DNA of 39,951 nucleotides from a virus: IMG/VR virus record IMGVR_UViG_3300045988_166951; one strand, 5' to 3'. Shown piece by piece: positions 39,569 to 39,951 of this stretch (position 1 is its first letter; each line of letters starts with the position of its first letter). The notes under the pieces were generated by a model. It saw only the letters and a program-made list of their open reading frames with translations, ran no database searches and was not told where the DNA came from. The position numbers and the translations under genes were made by a program.

Positions 39569-39951
39569 ATGCAAAGTAGAAACAATAATAATTTAAAAGG
39601 AATTGATGTATCAAATTGGAAAGGAAATATAAATTTTAAAAGTGTAAAAAATGATGGTATAGAAGTAGTTTATATTAAAGCTACAGAAGGTAATTACTTT
39701 AAGGATAAATACGCTAAGCAAAATTATGAGGGAGCAAAAGAGCAAGGATTAAGTGTAGGATTTTATCATTTCTTTAGAGCTAATAAAGGAGCCAAGGATC
39801 AAGCTAATTTCTTCATAAATTATTTAAATGAAATAGGAGCAGTTAATTATGATTGTAAATTAGCTTTAGATATAGAAACTACTGAAGGGGTAGGAGCAAG
39901 AGATTTAACTTCTATGTGTATAGAATTCTTAGAAGAGGTAAAAAGACTTAC
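39569..39951 (+). CDS. Endolysin, N-terminal part (GH25 muramidase). Runs off the window end and continues at nt 56.
   Basis: [49 protein letters not shown]...GFYHFF...ALDIE is the GH25 signature. No stop before 39951. Confidence 0.9.
   Translation, partial: MQSRNNNNLKGIDVSNWKGNINFKSVKNDGIEVVYIKATEGNYFKDKYAKQNYEGAKEQGLSVGFYHFFRANKGAKDQANFFINYLNEIGAVNYDCKLALDIETTEGVGARDLTSMCIEFLEEVKRL

Overview
The window is one complete, circularly closed temperate phage genome. Nt 1-55 are identical to nt 39897-39951, so the unique length is 39,896 bp, and the endolysin gene is split across the window ends. It is a siphovirus-type phage (no sheath gene) from a very AT-rich Firmicute. By inference the host is most likely a Clostridium of the C. 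perfringens type, based on a UviB/BhlA-like lysis protein, a GH25 + 2xSH3 endolysin and a large serine integrase.

Gene order:
- endolysin 3' end, then a lipoprotein moron
- an IS3-family IS inserted into a terminator loop
- a candidate attP, then the serine integrase (-)
- a small 4-TM protein, then ImmA-like (-) and XRE/ImmR-like repressor (-)
- a divergent switch region, then Cro-like protein and ORF6N antirepressor
- two convergent, 3'-overlapping small-gene pairs
- a long early operon: phage sigma factor, Gp157, ERF annealase, replisome organizer with embedded iterons, RecU-like resolvase, N6/N4 methyltransferase, PAPS-reductase-like PP-loop protein, ArpU/RinA-like late regulator
- a phased TATACCC repeat array, a truncated tRNA-like element and tRNA-Ser(GCU)
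- a membrane J-domain moron
- TerS, TerL, portal, and a MuF/gp7 head protein fused to an HExxH domain with a small acidic downstream ORF
- TM2/zinc-ribbon and 87-aa morons
- scaffold, capsid, connectors, major tail protein, G/GT chaperones (U UUU UUU -1 frameshift), tape measure, tail tip and receptor-binding proteins
- XkdX-like, BhlA/UviB-like, holin, and the endolysin 5' end

The most unusual items are the promoter- and terminator-bracketed membrane J-domain protein, the MuF-metallopeptidase toxin-like fusion with a putative immunity gene, the duplicated leader + tRNA / tRNA-like module next to a phased repeat array, the convergent small-gene pairs with a structured leader upstream of the sigma operon, and the IS caught inside a terminator next to a 50-bp attP-like inverted repeat.

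All functional calls come from motifs read by eye. No database search was possible.
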